The notes: a model not told the origin generated them from the letters alone. Positions 27,692 to 36,731 are shown, numbered from the stretch's first letter. The stretch: DNA of 50,891 bases from Minisyncoccota bacterium (GCA_040879725.1 JBBDJV010000010.1:1-50891); one strand, 5' to 3'. Made by a program: numbers and translations.

Positions 27692-29002
27692 CTACTTCTT
27701 GAAATTACTCGCGTATACACGCTCAGAGAGCTCACGAAAAGCTTCTTTTGAGGTTGTAATAAGGAGGAGTTCGGGTTGTGGGAAGCCGTATACGAGGTGC
27801 GTGTTGTTGTTTTGATCCACAAGTACCCGTGTATCAATGTTGCTGATTACTTCGTTTGTAAATGCGTAGGTGTTTGTGGTACTTATTCCTCCAAAAAGCA
27901 TATTTATGTCATTTGCCATTCGTGTTTCCCACGCCAGTGTTCCAGCAAGTGCTTGTGAGTAGAAATCAACTTTAATAAGCAAAAATGGTTCAGGGACTTC
28001 GCTTCCATATACACCAGTCATGTACTCACCAACAAATGTTCTAACAAGTGATGGTGGGGCGTTGTGGTTGAAAAGTGTAAAGAGCTCTGGAGATGTTAAG
28101 ATGTGTGTTTTTTGAGAACCTGTTTCTGTTGTAGTTTGCTCGGTGAGGTATATATAGGAAATTTTTCCTTTGGAAGGATTTGTTTCAGTGAGGGTTCCAC
28201 GCAGTAAAGATATTGGTTGTGTCCCCTCTCGGGTAGTGAGCTCAAGCGGGATTTCAGAATCATACTGTAGTAAAGCGGGTTTCTTTTCAATGACAGCAAC
28301 TTGTGAGTTTTGTTTAGTGAAAAGAGTGTATCCGGCGTATAGTATTCCACCACCGACAAGAACAAGAAGGAGTGTTGCTGAAATAATAAGCGTCATGTGC
28401 GCGTGGTCTTTTTTAACCTCACGAGTAACACGCATTTCCTCTTGCATAAGTTTTTTATGTACTTCCTGTTTAGGTTGTTCCACTGGCGGAAGGGTAACTG
28501 GTGGTTTTGTGGGTTGTGGCGGAAGGGTAGGCTTTGGAGCTTGTTTGTGTAACTCTAATTTTGGAATTGGTTTTAAAACAGGCTGTGGAGCCGGCTTAGG
28601 TGCAGGAGTCAGTTTGGGAGCAAGTTGTGGTGGAGGAGTAGGTTTAGGAGCTTGCGGAACAGGCTTGTTAAACCGAACAACAGTAGCCGGCTGTGCGCGG
28701 TTTGGTGTTTCAATTTCGGGCTGTTTACCAGCTGGTTTGGGAGCGGGAGTAGGTTCTGTTACTCGTTTCTTTTCTTGTTCTTTGAGAGCGATGCTTGTAA
28801 CACTTGTTTTATCTTTTCGCATGATACGCGCAATGTCGTCATCGTACGTTCGTAAACGTCGAACAACCCCGGTTTTTTTAGGTTCAGTTTTTTGTATAGC
28901 GGGTGCAGTATTTTTATTTTTTTCTACCTCTTTCTTTTCTACTCGAGTGACAATATCGTCACCGCTAACACCTATCCGGTCGTTTGTTCCAGAAGTATCC
29001 AT
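27692..29002 (-). CDS. Single-pass membrane protein with a Pro/Lys-rich cytoplasmic repeat region, function unknown
   Basis: It carries PAPKP/PTPPPQ repeats and a TM helix (MTLIISATLLLVLVGGGILYAGYTLF), followed by an extracytoplasmic domain. Confidence 0.7.
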   Translation of the reverse strand: MDTSGTNDRIGVSGDDIVTRVEKKEVEKNKNTAPAIQKTEPKKTGVVRRLRTYDDDIARIMRKDKTSVTSIALKEQEKKRVTEPTPAPKPAGKQPEIETPNRAQPATVVRFNKPVPQAPKPTPPPQLAPKLTPAPKPAPQPVLKPIPKLELHKQAPKPTLPPQPTKPPVTLPPVEQPKQEVHKKLMQEEMRVTREVKKDHAHMTLIISATLLLVLVGGGILYAGYTLFTKQNSQVAVIEKKPALLQYDSEIPLELTTREGTQPISLLRGTLTETNPSKGKISYIYLTEQTTTETGSQKTHILTSPELFTLFNHNAPPSLVRTFVGEYMTGVYGSEVPEPFLLIKVDFYSQALAGTLAWETRMANDINMLFGGISTTNTYAFTNEVISNIDTRVLVDQNNNTHLVYGFPQPELLLITTSKEAFRELSERVYASNFKK

Positions 29003-29008
29003 AAATAT

Positions 29009-29037
29009 AGGATACCGTGAGTGTAAAGCCGGCGCAA
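29009..29037 (-). promoter_or_regulatory. Promoter TTGCGC-17-TATCCT, 6 nt before the ATG at 29002
   Basis: On the minus strand the hexamers lie at 29032-29037 and 29009-29014. Confidence 0.4.
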
Positions 29038-29054
29038 TAAGAGCTCGTTAATAA

Positions 29055-31229
29055 CTATCGGGTTGAGCCGTTTCCAGGACCCGGGGTTTTGTTTTGTGTG
29101 TGTGCTTTGGGAGTAATTCCTTTTTTCTTAAGAAACTCAGGGTCCGCGTCTTTAAGAGAAACCTTCAGTCTTCCTCTTTCATCAACTTCTTTTATGGTGA
29201 GCGGTACAACCTCTCCTAGTTTGAGTACGTCAGAGGTTTTTTCAATCCTGAAAGGTGCAATTTCCGATACGTGAAGAAGTGCTTCGGTAGTCGGGCTAAT
29301 TTTTACGAATGCTCCGAAGTCAACAATACGCACCACTTCACCTTCTACTTTTTCACCTGGAGAAAATACTCGTGTCAGTGCTTCAATAATAGATTTTGCT
29401 TTTAGTGGACCCTCACCCTTTCCAGTGATATACACGAGTCCTGAGTCTTCGATATCGATTTCAGTATTTGTTTTCTCCCTTATTTCATTTACTGTTTTTC
29501 CTCCACTACCGATAACAAGGCCGATTTGGTCAGGCTTAATAGTGAGTGAAATAATTTTTGGTGCATTTGGTGAAATGTCTTTTCTTGATTCAGGGATTGC
29601 CGCAATAAGTGTTTTGAGTATATGTAGACGCGCATTACGTGCGTGTTCGAGAGCTTCAGAAAGCATCTCGAGAGTAACTCCGCCCACTTTTACGTCCATC
29701 TGAATTGCGGTGATGCCGTTTTTTGTACCGGCAACTTTAAAGTCCATGTCGCCGTGGTGGTCTTCTGGTCCTTGAATGTCAGTGAGAACTTTGTATGTTT
29801 TATCATCTGACATCATAAGTCCGCTCGCAATACCAGCAACTGGTTCAGTGATAGGAACGCCGGCGTCCATAAGGGCAAGAGTGGAACCGCAGACAGAACC
29901 CATTGAGGTTGAGCCATTTGATGCCATTGCTTCACTTACTACACGGATAGTGTAGGGAAACTCTTCAACCGGAGGAAGAACAGGAACGAGCGCTTTTTCA
30001 GCGAGCGCTCCGTGGCCTATCATACGTCGATTAAACCCTCCTACACGTCCTGTTTCGCCAACAGAGAATGGAGGAAAGTTGTAGTGGTGGATGTAACGCT
30101 TCGCTCGCTCGTCTTGATGTTCAATACTTTCAAGTGTCATACGGTCCTGTGGTCCTCCAAGAGTAGCGATAGAAAGAATATGTGTTCCTCCTCGATAGAA
30201 TGTTCCTGAGCCATGAATAATAGGTGATATTCCGCCCGCTTGTGCGAAGAGTGGTCGTACTTCTGTCATACTTCGTCCATCCGCTCGGCGGTCATTTTTA
30301 AGTGCTTCAGTATGAAGAATATCGTTTACCGCGGAATCAAAAATTTCTTCTCTAATATATGAATCAAGCTCAGGAAAATTTTCTTTGAAAAGTTTTTTCC
30401 AAGCTCCATGGAGTGCTCCAATTCCCTCTTTCCCCGGTCCTGAAAAAACAGCACTGTCGAGCTTAGGTGTAATTTCTTTTTCAAAAAGTGTTTGCACTTC
30501 TTGTGGAGTTTCCGGTTCCGGAATAGCGACTTTCTCTTTTCCGATTTCAGTAATAATTTTTTCTTGCCAAGCTTGCAACTTTTCAATTTCTTTTGATGCA
30601 AACGTAAATGACTCTAATGTTTCTGCTTCAAGTGTTTGGTTTCCTCCAAACTCAATCATGTTTATTTTCCCGTCTTTCCCGCAAGCGATAAGTTCGAATT
30701 CTGCTGAGGTGTCATCACGGTAAAGGTAGGTTGGATTTACTTCGAGTGCGGTATTTCCCTTTTGCTTACCGATACGAACAGCTGAAACCGGACCATTCCA
30801 CGGAATGTGTGATGTGCCAAGTGCCAATGAAGCCGCAATCACGCCCATAACATCCGGATCGTCTTGATCGATTGAAAGTACGGTAATAACAACCTGTATG
30901 TCATTTCGTATATGCCCCGCAAAGAGTGGCCGGATTGTTCTGTCTACGATACGAGCAGAAAGAACCGCTTCATCGCTCGGACGTCCTTCTCTTCTTTGGT
31001 AACGGTTGCCTCCGATTTTCCCTGCCGCGTAAAATTTCTCTTCAAATTCTACCGTGAGAGGAAAAAACCCTTGCCCTTCTCGCGCCTCTTTCGCCATAAC
31101 CGCAGTAGCGAGTACGGTTGAATTGCCGTAACGAAGCAGTACACTTCCGTGTGCTTGGTCAGTAAGATCAAGGAATTCAGCTGTCATTGTTCGACCGCCG
31201 ATTTCCAGTGTGTATGATTTCTTTTCCAT
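29055..31229 (-). CDS. pnp: Polynucleotide phosphorylase
   Basis: It has two RNase PH domains, a KH domain (GLVIGSGGKTVNEI) and an S1 domain (GEKVEGEVVRIVDFGAFVKI). GGAGAGGAG lies 9 nt upstream of the ATG, and the leader contains a hairpin. Confidence 0.97.
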   Translation of the reverse strand: MEKKSYTLEIGGRTMTAEFLDLTDQAHGSVLLRYGNSTVLATAVMAKEAREGQGFFPLTVEFEEKFYAAGKIGGNRYQRREGRPSDEAVLSARIVDRTIRPLFAGHIRNDIQVVITVLSIDQDDPDVMGVIAASLALGTSHIPWNGPVSAVRIGKQKGNTALEVNPTYLYRDDTSAEFELIACGKDGKINMIEFGGNQTLEAETLESFTFASKEIEKLQAWQEKIITEIGKEKVAIPEPETPQEVQTLFEKEITPKLDSAVFSGPGKEGIGALHGAWKKLFKENFPELDSYIREEIFDSAVNDILHTEALKNDRRADGRSMTEVRPLFAQAGGISPIIHGSGTFYRGGTHILSIATLGGPQDRMTLESIEHQDERAKRYIHHYNFPPFSVGETGRVGGFNRRMIGHGALAEKALVPVLPPVEEFPYTIRVVSEAMASNGSTSMGSVCGSTLALMDAGVPITEPVAGIASGLMMSDDKTYKVLTDIQGPEDHHGDMDFKVAGTKNGITAIQMDVKVGGVTLEMLSEALEHARNARLHILKTLIAAIPESRKDISPNAPKIISLTIKPDQIGLVIGSGGKTVNEIREKTNTEIDIEDSGLVYITGKGEGPLKAKSIIEALTRVFSPGEKVEGEVVRIVDFGAFVKISPTTEALLHVSEIAPFRIEKTSDVLKLGEVVPLTIKEVDERGRLKVSLKDADPEFLKKKGITPKAHTQNKTPGPGNGSTR

Positions 31230-31344
31230 AAATATACACTCCTCTCCAGATTGCAGATTTGTTATAAATCTGTGTATCTGAAGACGAGAAATTAACTACT
31301 AATATGATGTGAATGTAGCATAAGTTGCGCAGACTAACAAATAT

Positions 31345-31368
31345 AAAAGACCGCTTTCGCGGTCTTTT
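31345..31368 (-). terminator. Terminator after the NYN-domain gene
   Basis: The sequence is AAAAGACCGC-TTTC-GCGGTCTTTT, with a symmetric A/T flank. Confidence 0.7.
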
Positions 31369-31369
31369 A

Positions 31370-31900
31370 TTATTTCTTTTTCCTTCGAAGCCGAGGATTT
31401 ATAAGATATTTTGCCGGATCGGTATCAAGATCAAAGAAGTCATCAACTGCTTCTTTAAGTTTGCTCGAAGATGATTTTCCAAATGACACTGCTTCCACCT
31501 GGCATCCTTCGTTTGTTTGAAGGTAGTGAACAAGTGGTATGAAATCACCGTCACCTGACATGAGAATAATAGTGTCTAGCTTTGGAGCCATTTTAATAGC
31601 ATCAACCGCAAGCCCTACGTCCCAATCGGCCTTTTTAGCCCCTCCTGAAAATACCTGGAGGTCTTTTGTTCTGGTTTCAATACCTGCTTTTATAAGGGCA
31701 TCAAGGAATGCTTTTTCTTCACCGCTTTCGGTTGTAATAGCGTAAGCGAGCGCACGTACGAGTGCTCGGTCGCCAAGTACATCTTTTACAATAGCGCCAA
31801 AATTGACTTTTGAGCTATAGAGATGCTTCGCGCTGTGGTAGAGGTTTTGAGCATCGATAAAAATACCAACGCGCTGTTCTTTATGTTTTACTACTGTCAT
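31370..31900 (-). CDS. NYN/LabA-like (DUF88) putative RNase domain protein
   Basis: The motifs VGIFIDAQNLY and LMSGDGDFIPLV are present. The start is set at ATG 31900 (MTVVKHK). Confidence 0.75.
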   Translation of the reverse strand: MTVVKHKEQRVGIFIDAQNLYHSAKHLYSSKVNFGAIVKDVLGDRALVRALAYAITTESGEEKAFLDALIKAGIETRTKDLQVFSGGAKKADWDVGLAVDAIKMAPKLDTIILMSGDGDFIPLVHYLQTNEGCQVEAVSFGKSSSSKLKEAVDDFFDLDTDPAKYLINPRLRRKKK

Positions 31901-31976
31901 AGTATGTGTATGTAAATTAATTCTCAAGAGAATTATTAATAAAAGTGCTTAAAAATGAAAAGTCTGTTCAAAAAAC

Positions 31977-32004
31977 AAATAATTCGCCTATAGGCGAATT
32001 ATTT
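31977..32004 (-). terminator. Terminator overlapping the rpsO stop
   Basis: On the minus strand, AAATAATTCGCC-TATA-GGCGAATTATTT is followed by GTTTTTT. Confidence 0.65.
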
Positions 32005-32262
32005 GAGGTCTAATTTTTTAGCAATTGTGTTGTAGCGCTTCTCGTCATTCTTTTTAAGATATGAAAGATGCTTTCTACGGTCTGCAACCATTTGGAGAAG
32101 TCCGCGTCGTGAATGGTTATCCTTGCGATGTTTCTTTAAATGGCTAGATAGCTCGTCAATTTTCTTTGAAAGTATTGAAATTTGAACTGCAGATGAGCCT
32201 GTATCTTTCTCGTGAGCCGCACCCACTTCAATTGCTTTTGCCTTTTTTCGTTTTGTCAGCAT
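31999..32262 (-). CDS. rpsO: 30S ribosomal protein S15
   Basis: It is 87 aa, with SAVQISILSKKIDELSSHLKKHRKDNHSRRGLLQMV. Confidence 0.95.
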   Translation of the reverse strand: MLTKRKKAKAIEVGAAHEKDTGSSAVQISILSKKIDELSSHLKKHRKDNHSRRGLLQMVADRRKHLSYLKKNDEKRYNTIAKKLDLK

Positions 32263-32268
32263 TTATCC

Positions 32269-32296
32269 ATCATAGCATAAATACTTAAAAATGCAA
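32269..32296 (-). promoter_or_regulatory. Promoter TTGCAT-16-(TGC)TATGAT, 6 nt before the rpsO ATG
   Basis: The minus strand reads TTGCAT...TGCTATGAT-GGATAA-ATG. Confidence 0.55.
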
Positions 32297-32418
32297 GTAC
32301 CTAGCCCGTGGTGGCTTTAATTCAGTAAAAAAGCATTATTTTGCAGTATATTTTGCCCTTAACTAGTGATAGTGCGTGAGTTTTGTGATTATTTGATACA
32401 ATATATTGTGCGACATAT

Positions 32419-33333
32419 ATGAATGAATTAAAACGCTACAAGCAAGAATTTTTAGAATACGTAGAGATAGAAAAAGGCAGAAGTCTGAAGACTGTCGCAA
32501 ACTATGATCGCTATTTAATGCGTTTTATTGAACACACAAAGCTAACTCACCCCAAAGACATAACTGATGAGGTTATTCGTGAGTTTAGGCTTTGGTTAAA
32601 CCGACAGCCAGCACCAAGTAGTAATGGTGGCGGAGGAATGCTGAAGAAGAAAACTCAGAATTACTACCTTATTGCACTTCGTTCATTCCTTAAATACATG
32701 CTTAAACGTGGGGTTACTTCCCTTCCTCCTGAAAGAATCGAGCTTGCGAAAGTTTCAGAACGTTCTCTTGATCTAATAACTACCGATGAGCTCGACCGCT
32801 TACTAATAGCGCCTAATGAAAGCGATATAAAGTCGTTGCGAGACAAAGCACTTCTTGAACTTCTGTTTTCAACAGGGTTGCGAGTTTCAGAACTATGTTC
32901 CTTGAACCGGGATTTGGATTTGAATCGAGACGAACTTTCTGTTCGCGGGAAAGGTGACAAGATTCGAGTGGTTTTTATTTCTGAAGGAGCAAAGAATGCA
33001 CTAAAGGCGTATTTGAAAAAACGAGAGGACATGAGCGACGCACTGTTTGTTGGACTATCGAAAATTCGCGCTGGTATTCCTGAACGCATAACTCCACGTT
33101 CGGTAGAAAGGATAGTGAAACAATATGCAATTAAAGCGGGTATTTCAAAAAAGGTAACGCCGCATATCATTCGACACTCTTTTGCTACTGACTTACTTTC
33201 AAATGGTGCTGATTTGCGTAGTGTGCAGGCATTGCTTGGTCATGCGCATATTGGAACAACGCAGATATATACTCACGTTACCGATAAGCACTTGCGGGAT
33301 ATACATAAGAATTTTCACAATAAACGCAAATAG
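32419..33333 (+). CDS. XerC/XerD-family tyrosine recombinase
   Basis: It has a core-binding N-domain, catalytic GLRVSEL (Arg), HIIRHSFAT (H-x-x-R) and TTQIYTHV (Tyr). Confidence 0.85.
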   Translation: MNELKRYKQEFLEYVEIEKGRSLKTVANYDRYLMRFIEHTKLTHPKDITDEVIREFRLWLNRQPAPSSNGGGGMLKKKTQNYYLIALRSFLKYMLKRGVTSLPPERIELAKVSERSLDLITTDELDRLLIAPNESDIKSLRDKALLELLFSTGLRVSELCSLNRDLDLNRDELSVRGKGDKIRVVFISEGAKNALKAYLKKREDMSDALFVGLSKIRAGIPERITPRSVERIVKQYAIKAGISKKVTPHIIRHSFATDLLSNGADLRSVQALLGHAHIGTTQIYTHVTDKHLRDIHKNFHNKRK

Positions 33334-33349
33334 TAAACGAAAGATTTTT

Positions 33350-33378
33350 TTGACAGTATAGTTTATTTGTGCTAAAAA
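33350..33378 (+). promoter_or_regulatory. Promoter TTGACA-17-(TGC)TAAAAA with a leader of about 35 nt and an AAGGA SD
   Basis: The hexamers lie at 33350-33355 and 33373-33378. Confidence 0.5.
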
Positions 33379-33415
33379 GTAGGTGGAATAGTTTTAACTT
33401 GAACAAGGATTAATT

Positions 33416-33706
33416 ATGGCGAGAGATATGAGATGGACCAGCTATCTGCTGGTCGCTCCAGGTCTCTCGTTTGAGACCTCTGAGCAATTTGCGCAGACCT
33501 TAAACGGTATGTTTAAAAACCACGATGTGGTTGCCAAAGTTGGCGTGTCCCACGACGGGGTTGTGGTTCACTGTCCCACTGAATCAGCTGGGCAAGTGCT
33601 CGGTATTTGTGATTCCCAAGGAGTTGAGTGCGAGCAGTTTTCGGACTATTCGCCATTTGATTTACCGGTTGAAAAACCGATAGAACCACAGTTGGAACTT
33701 CTTTGA
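33416..33706 (+). CDS. Hypothetical 96-aa protein, GC-richer than its surroundings
   Basis: The ORF has an SD-like AAGGA, its own promoter and a strong terminator. No family was recognised. Confidence 0.5.
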   Translation: MARDMRWTSYLLVAPGLSFETSEQFAQTLNGMFKNHDVVAKVGVSHDGVVVHCPTESAGQVLGICDSQGVECEQFSDYSPFDLPVEKPIEPQLELL

Positions 33707-33712
33707 ACTCAC

Positions 33713-33742
33713 CCGGCTCTCCTTTGGAGGGCCGGTTTTTTT
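33713..33742 (+). terminator. Rho-independent terminator
   Basis: The sequence is CCGGCTCTCC-TTT-GGAGGGCCGG followed by TTTTTTT. Confidence 0.8.
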
Positions 33743-33757
33743 ATTGATGCGCTTATA

Positions 33758-33766
33758 TGGTAGGAT
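33758..33766 (+). promoter_or_regulatory. Extended -10 TGGTAGGAT, 6 nt before the xth ATG
   Basis: The sequence reads TGGTAGGAT-TTGGGA-ATG. Confidence 0.5.
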
Positions 33767-33772
33767 TTGGGA

Positions 33773-34540
33773 ATGAAATTGTATTCATGGAATGTAAACG
33801 GTATCAGAGCTTGGTACAAAAAGGGCTGTTTTGATTGGTTTTTAAATGAACAACCGGACATTTTTGCATTACAGGAAACTAAAGCGGAAATTGAGCAGTT
33901 GCCTGAGGAACTTACCCATCCTGAAGGATATTTTACTTATTTCAACTCATCAAAAACCAGAAAAGGATACAGCGGTACGGCTTTTTGTACTAAAGAAGAG
34001 CCGGATCGAGTCGAGTACGGACTAGGGGTTTCTGAATTAGACCAAGAAGGTCGTCAAATTACGCTCTTTTTTGGCACATTTGCAGTCATAAACACGTACT
34101 TCCCTAACGGTGGTGGCGGTCCAGAAAGACTTGCGTATAAACTTGCGTACTATGATGCATTTCTAACGTATGTTAACAAGTTGGTAAAAGATGGGTACGA
34201 TGTTGTCTTTTGTGGAGATATCAATACCGCACATACAGAAATTGACTTAGCTCGCCCGAAAGAAAATGTCGACAATACTGGCTTTTTGCCAGTTGAACGA
34301 GCGTGGCTGGATGCTGTTGTAGGGGCTGGTTTTATTGATACGTTTCGCCTGAAACACAGTGATATAAAAAATATGTATTCCTATTGGGATATGAAAACTC
34401 GTGCGCGGGAAAGAAATGTTGGATGGCGTATAGATTATTTTTTTGTTAGTCCAACACTTAAAGAAAGTGTTGTGTCAGCTGATATTCACACTGAAGTCAA
34501 TGGTTCAGACCATTGTCCGGTGAGTATTGTGCTTTCATAA
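33773..34540 (+). CDS. xth: Exodeoxyribonuclease III / AP endonuclease
   Basis: The motifs YSWNVNGIRA, LQETK, GDINTAH and GSDHCPV are present. Confidence 0.92.
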   Translation: MKLYSWNVNGIRAWYKKGCFDWFLNEQPDIFALQETKAEIEQLPEELTHPEGYFTYFNSSKTRKGYSGTAFCTKEEPDRVEYGLGVSELDQEGRQITLFFGTFAVINTYFPNGGGGPERLAYKLAYYDAFLTYVNKLVKDGYDVVFCGDINTAHTEIDLARPKENVDNTGFLPVERAWLDAVVGAGFIDTFRLKHSDIKNMYSYWDMKTRARERNVGWRIDYFFVSPTLKESVVSADIHTEVNGSDHCPVSIVLS

Positions 34541-34565
34541 AAAAACCCGCCTCAACGGCGGGTTT
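34541..34565. terminator. Bidirectional terminator (strong T-run on the minus strand)
   Basis: The sequence is AAAAACCCGCC-TCAAC-GGCGGGTTT. The minus strand reads CCCGCC...GGCGGGTTTTTTT. Confidence 0.7.
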
Positions 34566-34581
34566 GTGGGCCTGTGTGTAC

Positions 34582-34719
34582 TCAAAGAACCTGAGCACTG
34601 AAGATTGCGATAAATTCGCGACATTGTCGCTTTGAAATCCTTTTCCTGGTTGCCGATATGAGAGCAAGTTCTCTGAATGCTCTGCATATACGCTCTCTGC
34701 GATTTCTAACAGTTTTCAT
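34582..34719 (-). CDS. Small (45 aa) basic protein, function unknown
   Basis: The hand-translated sequence is MKTVRNRRERICRAFRELALISATRKRISKRQCREFIAIFSAQVL. It has a canonical SD (GGAGGTATATTATG), a promoter and a terminator. The ORF is below the track cutoff. Confidence 0.35.
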   Translation of the reverse strand: MKTVRNRRERICRAFRELALISATRKRISKRQCREFIAIFSAQVL

Positions 34720-34737
34720 AATATACCTCCTATCTAC

Positions 34738-34804
34738 ACTGTACTCCTATATAAAAGACATGCAACTTTGTTATCCACAGATATGTCCTTTACATGTCCT
34801 TTAC
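34738..34804 (-). promoter_or_regulatory. Promoter TTGCAT-16-TACAGT packed with a perfect DnaA box and repeat motifs
   Basis: The -10 lies at 34738-34743 and the -35 at 34760-34765. TATAAAAGACA (34750-34760) sits in the spacer. TTATCCACA lies at 34771-34779, and the tandem repeat ATGTCCTTTAC x2 at 34783-34804. Confidence 0.45.
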
Positions 34805-35109
34805 GTGGAAGTATTATTATCTCAGACCCAATTTCAGTTCTTCACATTTTAAATAGAGTCTCACCCACTCTAACAACCGCACAAGTACATAATTAAGTCA
34901 AAGCGAGATACAGCCACCAATGTGGCATAAAAAATAGATCTACGCGCTAAAAACAAAAACGTATATACTTATGCGGTTCAAAACCGCCACAATGCAAAAA
35001 ACTTTTAACAAGCGAAGGCACGCGCATGTTAAACAAAATCTCCTTTCTCCCAAACAACAAGCATATGGCGGTTTTTTTATGGAAAACCGAAATAGTATTC
35101 TATATTTTG

Positions 35110-36600
35110 CTATTTTTTAACACTATATTTCTGAAGAATTTTTTTAGTTTCAGCAGAATCTTCAATTTTCTGACGCTCCTTTCCTTTTGTGCCTAGTTCC
35201 TTTAACTCCTTTTCTGGGAGGCTGTAAAGCTCGATAGCTCTATTTTCTAAATAATCACTAGTATTTCTTTTTGGATCATCAAGCACTTCTTCTAAGAGTG
35301 CGTGCAGTATTAAACCAATATGGGAGCCCGGTTTGGACTGTGTTAGCTCTATTAGTCGATTTCCATCAATAGCAAGCATCCCTACGGTAAGTGGGTCCCG
35401 AAGTGCTTCTTCTATCATTGCGTGGTATTTTCTAAGCCTATACGGGTCTTCCTTTGGTCTTCCGGTGCCTATACGGTCACAAATACGAACATTCATAAGA
35501 TCCCAAATGTTTTCTTTTCCAACATTCGCAATCATTCTACGGACCGCAGAAAGAGTAATTTGGTCAGTATCAGAGAAAAACATGTGCCAACGAACGAGAG
35601 TGGTTACTTTTTGAATAATATGTTTAGGATACTTCAGGCGCTCTAAGATTTTTTTTGCTTTACGTGCTCCTACTACTTCATGTCCGAAAAAGGTCCATTT
35701 CTTATCCCCTGCTCCCTTTCTACGTGTTTCAGGCTTTGCAATGTCGTGAAATAGAGCGGAAAGTCTAATGTGCAGCTCCCACCCTTTATCTGCAGAGTGC
35801 TGAAGTGAGCGTAGTAAGTGCTCCCACACGTCGTAGGTATGGATACCTCCCTGCTCTACCCCTTTTGCTTCCAAAAGCTCCGGCAGGAAACGCTCAAGGA
35901 CCGAAACTTTTGCCAAAAGTTCAATTCCATACATGGGGTTTTGTGAAAGAAGTATCCGAGAAAACTCATCTCGGATACGCTCAACCGCTATTGAATCTAG
36001 GTTTTGAGCCACATTTTGTATTTCGCGTTCAGTCTCGGATTCAATGGTGAAGTTATGTTCAACCGCAAGGCGAATAGCGCGCATTATACGGAGTGCGTCC
36101 TCTGTGAATCGCTCATGTGGCTCTCCTACGGTACGAACCAGACCTTCTCGTAAATCAGCGATGCCATTGTAGTAATCAAAAACAAACTTATTCTCTACAT
36201 CGTAGGCGAGTGCGTTAAAGGTGAAATCTCTTCGTTTTAGATCATCTTGTAGCGTCTCACTGAAGGTTACGCTGTCTGGGTGTCTATTGTTGCTATATTC
36301 CGCTTCAGAGCGGTAGGTAGTGACCTCAACTGTTTCAAGTGTAACATCGTCTACTCCTTCAGTAACAACTCCTACTGTACCAAATTCGTTTTCGTAAAAT
36401 GTATGCGGAAAAAGATTTACTACTGTTTCAGGACGTGCATTTGTGGTGATGTCCCAATCTTTTGGTTTCTTATTTAAAAACAAATCTCTGACACAGCCAC
36501 CTACTAAATATGCCTCAAAACCTGCGTCTTTTAGGGTTTTTGTAATCACCACCACTGTTTCCGGAATGGTAAACTCTATTCTGATACTAGTGTTATTCAC
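35110..36600 (-). CDS. cca: CCA-adding enzyme / tRNA nucleotidyltransferase with an HD domain
   Basis: It has GGCVRDLFL, DWDITT and the HD motif LFHDIAKP. The start is set at GTG 36600, 6 nt after TACAAT (36607-36612). The longer track ORF runs through tRNA-Arg on the opposite strand and has no internal Met. Confidence 0.85.
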   Translation of the reverse strand: MNNTSIRIEFTIPETVVVITKTLKDAGFEAYLVGGCVRDLFLNKKPKDWDITTNARPETVVNLFPHTFYENEFGTVGVVTEGVDDVTLETVEVTTYRSEAEYSNNRHPDSVTFSETLQDDLKRRDFTFNALAYDVENKFVFDYYNGIADLREGLVRTVGEPHERFTEDALRIMRAIRLAVEHNFTIESETEREIQNVAQNLDSIAVERIRDEFSRILLSQNPMYGIELLAKVSVLERFLPELLEAKGVEQGGIHTYDVWEHLLRSLQHSADKGWELHIRLSALFHDIAKPETRRKGAGDKKWTFFGHEVVGARKAKKILERLKYPKHIIQKVTTLVRWHMFFSDTDQITLSAVRRMIANVGKENIWDLMNVRICDRIGTGRPKEDPYRLRKYHAMIEEALRDPLTVGMLAIDGNRLIELTQSKPGSHIGLILHALLEEVLDDPKRNTSDYLENRAIELYSLPEKELKELGTKGKERQKIEDSAETKKILQKYSVKK

Positions 36601-36620
36601 GGAGTAATTGTAGTATACCT

Positions 36621-36649
36621 TTGGCAAAATGACCAATATGTCGTATGAT
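36621..36649 (+). promoter_or_regulatory. Promoter TTGGCA-17-TATGAT for tRNA-Arg
   Basis: The hexamers lie at 36621-36626 and 36644-36649. The tRNA 5' end is at 36660. Confidence 0.55.
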
Positions 36650-36659
36650 GTTCTCACTT

Positions 36660-36731
36660 GCCCCTGTGGTGAAATGGATATCACAACGGTCTTCGGAACC
36701 GTTATTCTGGGTTCGAATCCTGGCGGGGGCA
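36660..36731 (+). tRNA. tRNA-Arg(UCG), no encoded CCA
   Basis: A manual cloverleaf fold gives the acceptor GCCCCTG/CGGGGGC, D arm GTGA/TCAC and anticodon stem ACGGT/ACCGT with loop CTTCGGA. The T arm is CTGGG-TTCGAAT-CCTGG and the discriminator is A. Confidence 0.85.

Noticed and set aside
28170-29051. A 293-aa plus-strand ORF antisense to the Pro-rich membrane protein gene.
   Set aside because: The open antisense frame is produced by the Pro/Lys-rich repeat (Gly/Cys-rich mirror translation). The minus-strand gene has a promoter, a TM helix and a coherent domain layout.
32419-33333. The Xer-type recombinase as the integrase responsible for the tRNA-linked insertions.
   Set aside because: It is 3.3 kb from tRNA-Arg, with core genes (xth, cca) in between. 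It has ordinary XerC/D features. Nothing in the sequence links it to the att-like repeats.
34971-35120. A 49-aa plus-strand ORF (MRFKTATMQKTFNKRRHAHV...) in the gap before cca.
   Set aside because: There is no SD. The -10-like hexamer is only 1-3 nt from the ATG, which breaks the local spacing rule. The ORF reads into the cca 3' end. No family was recognised.
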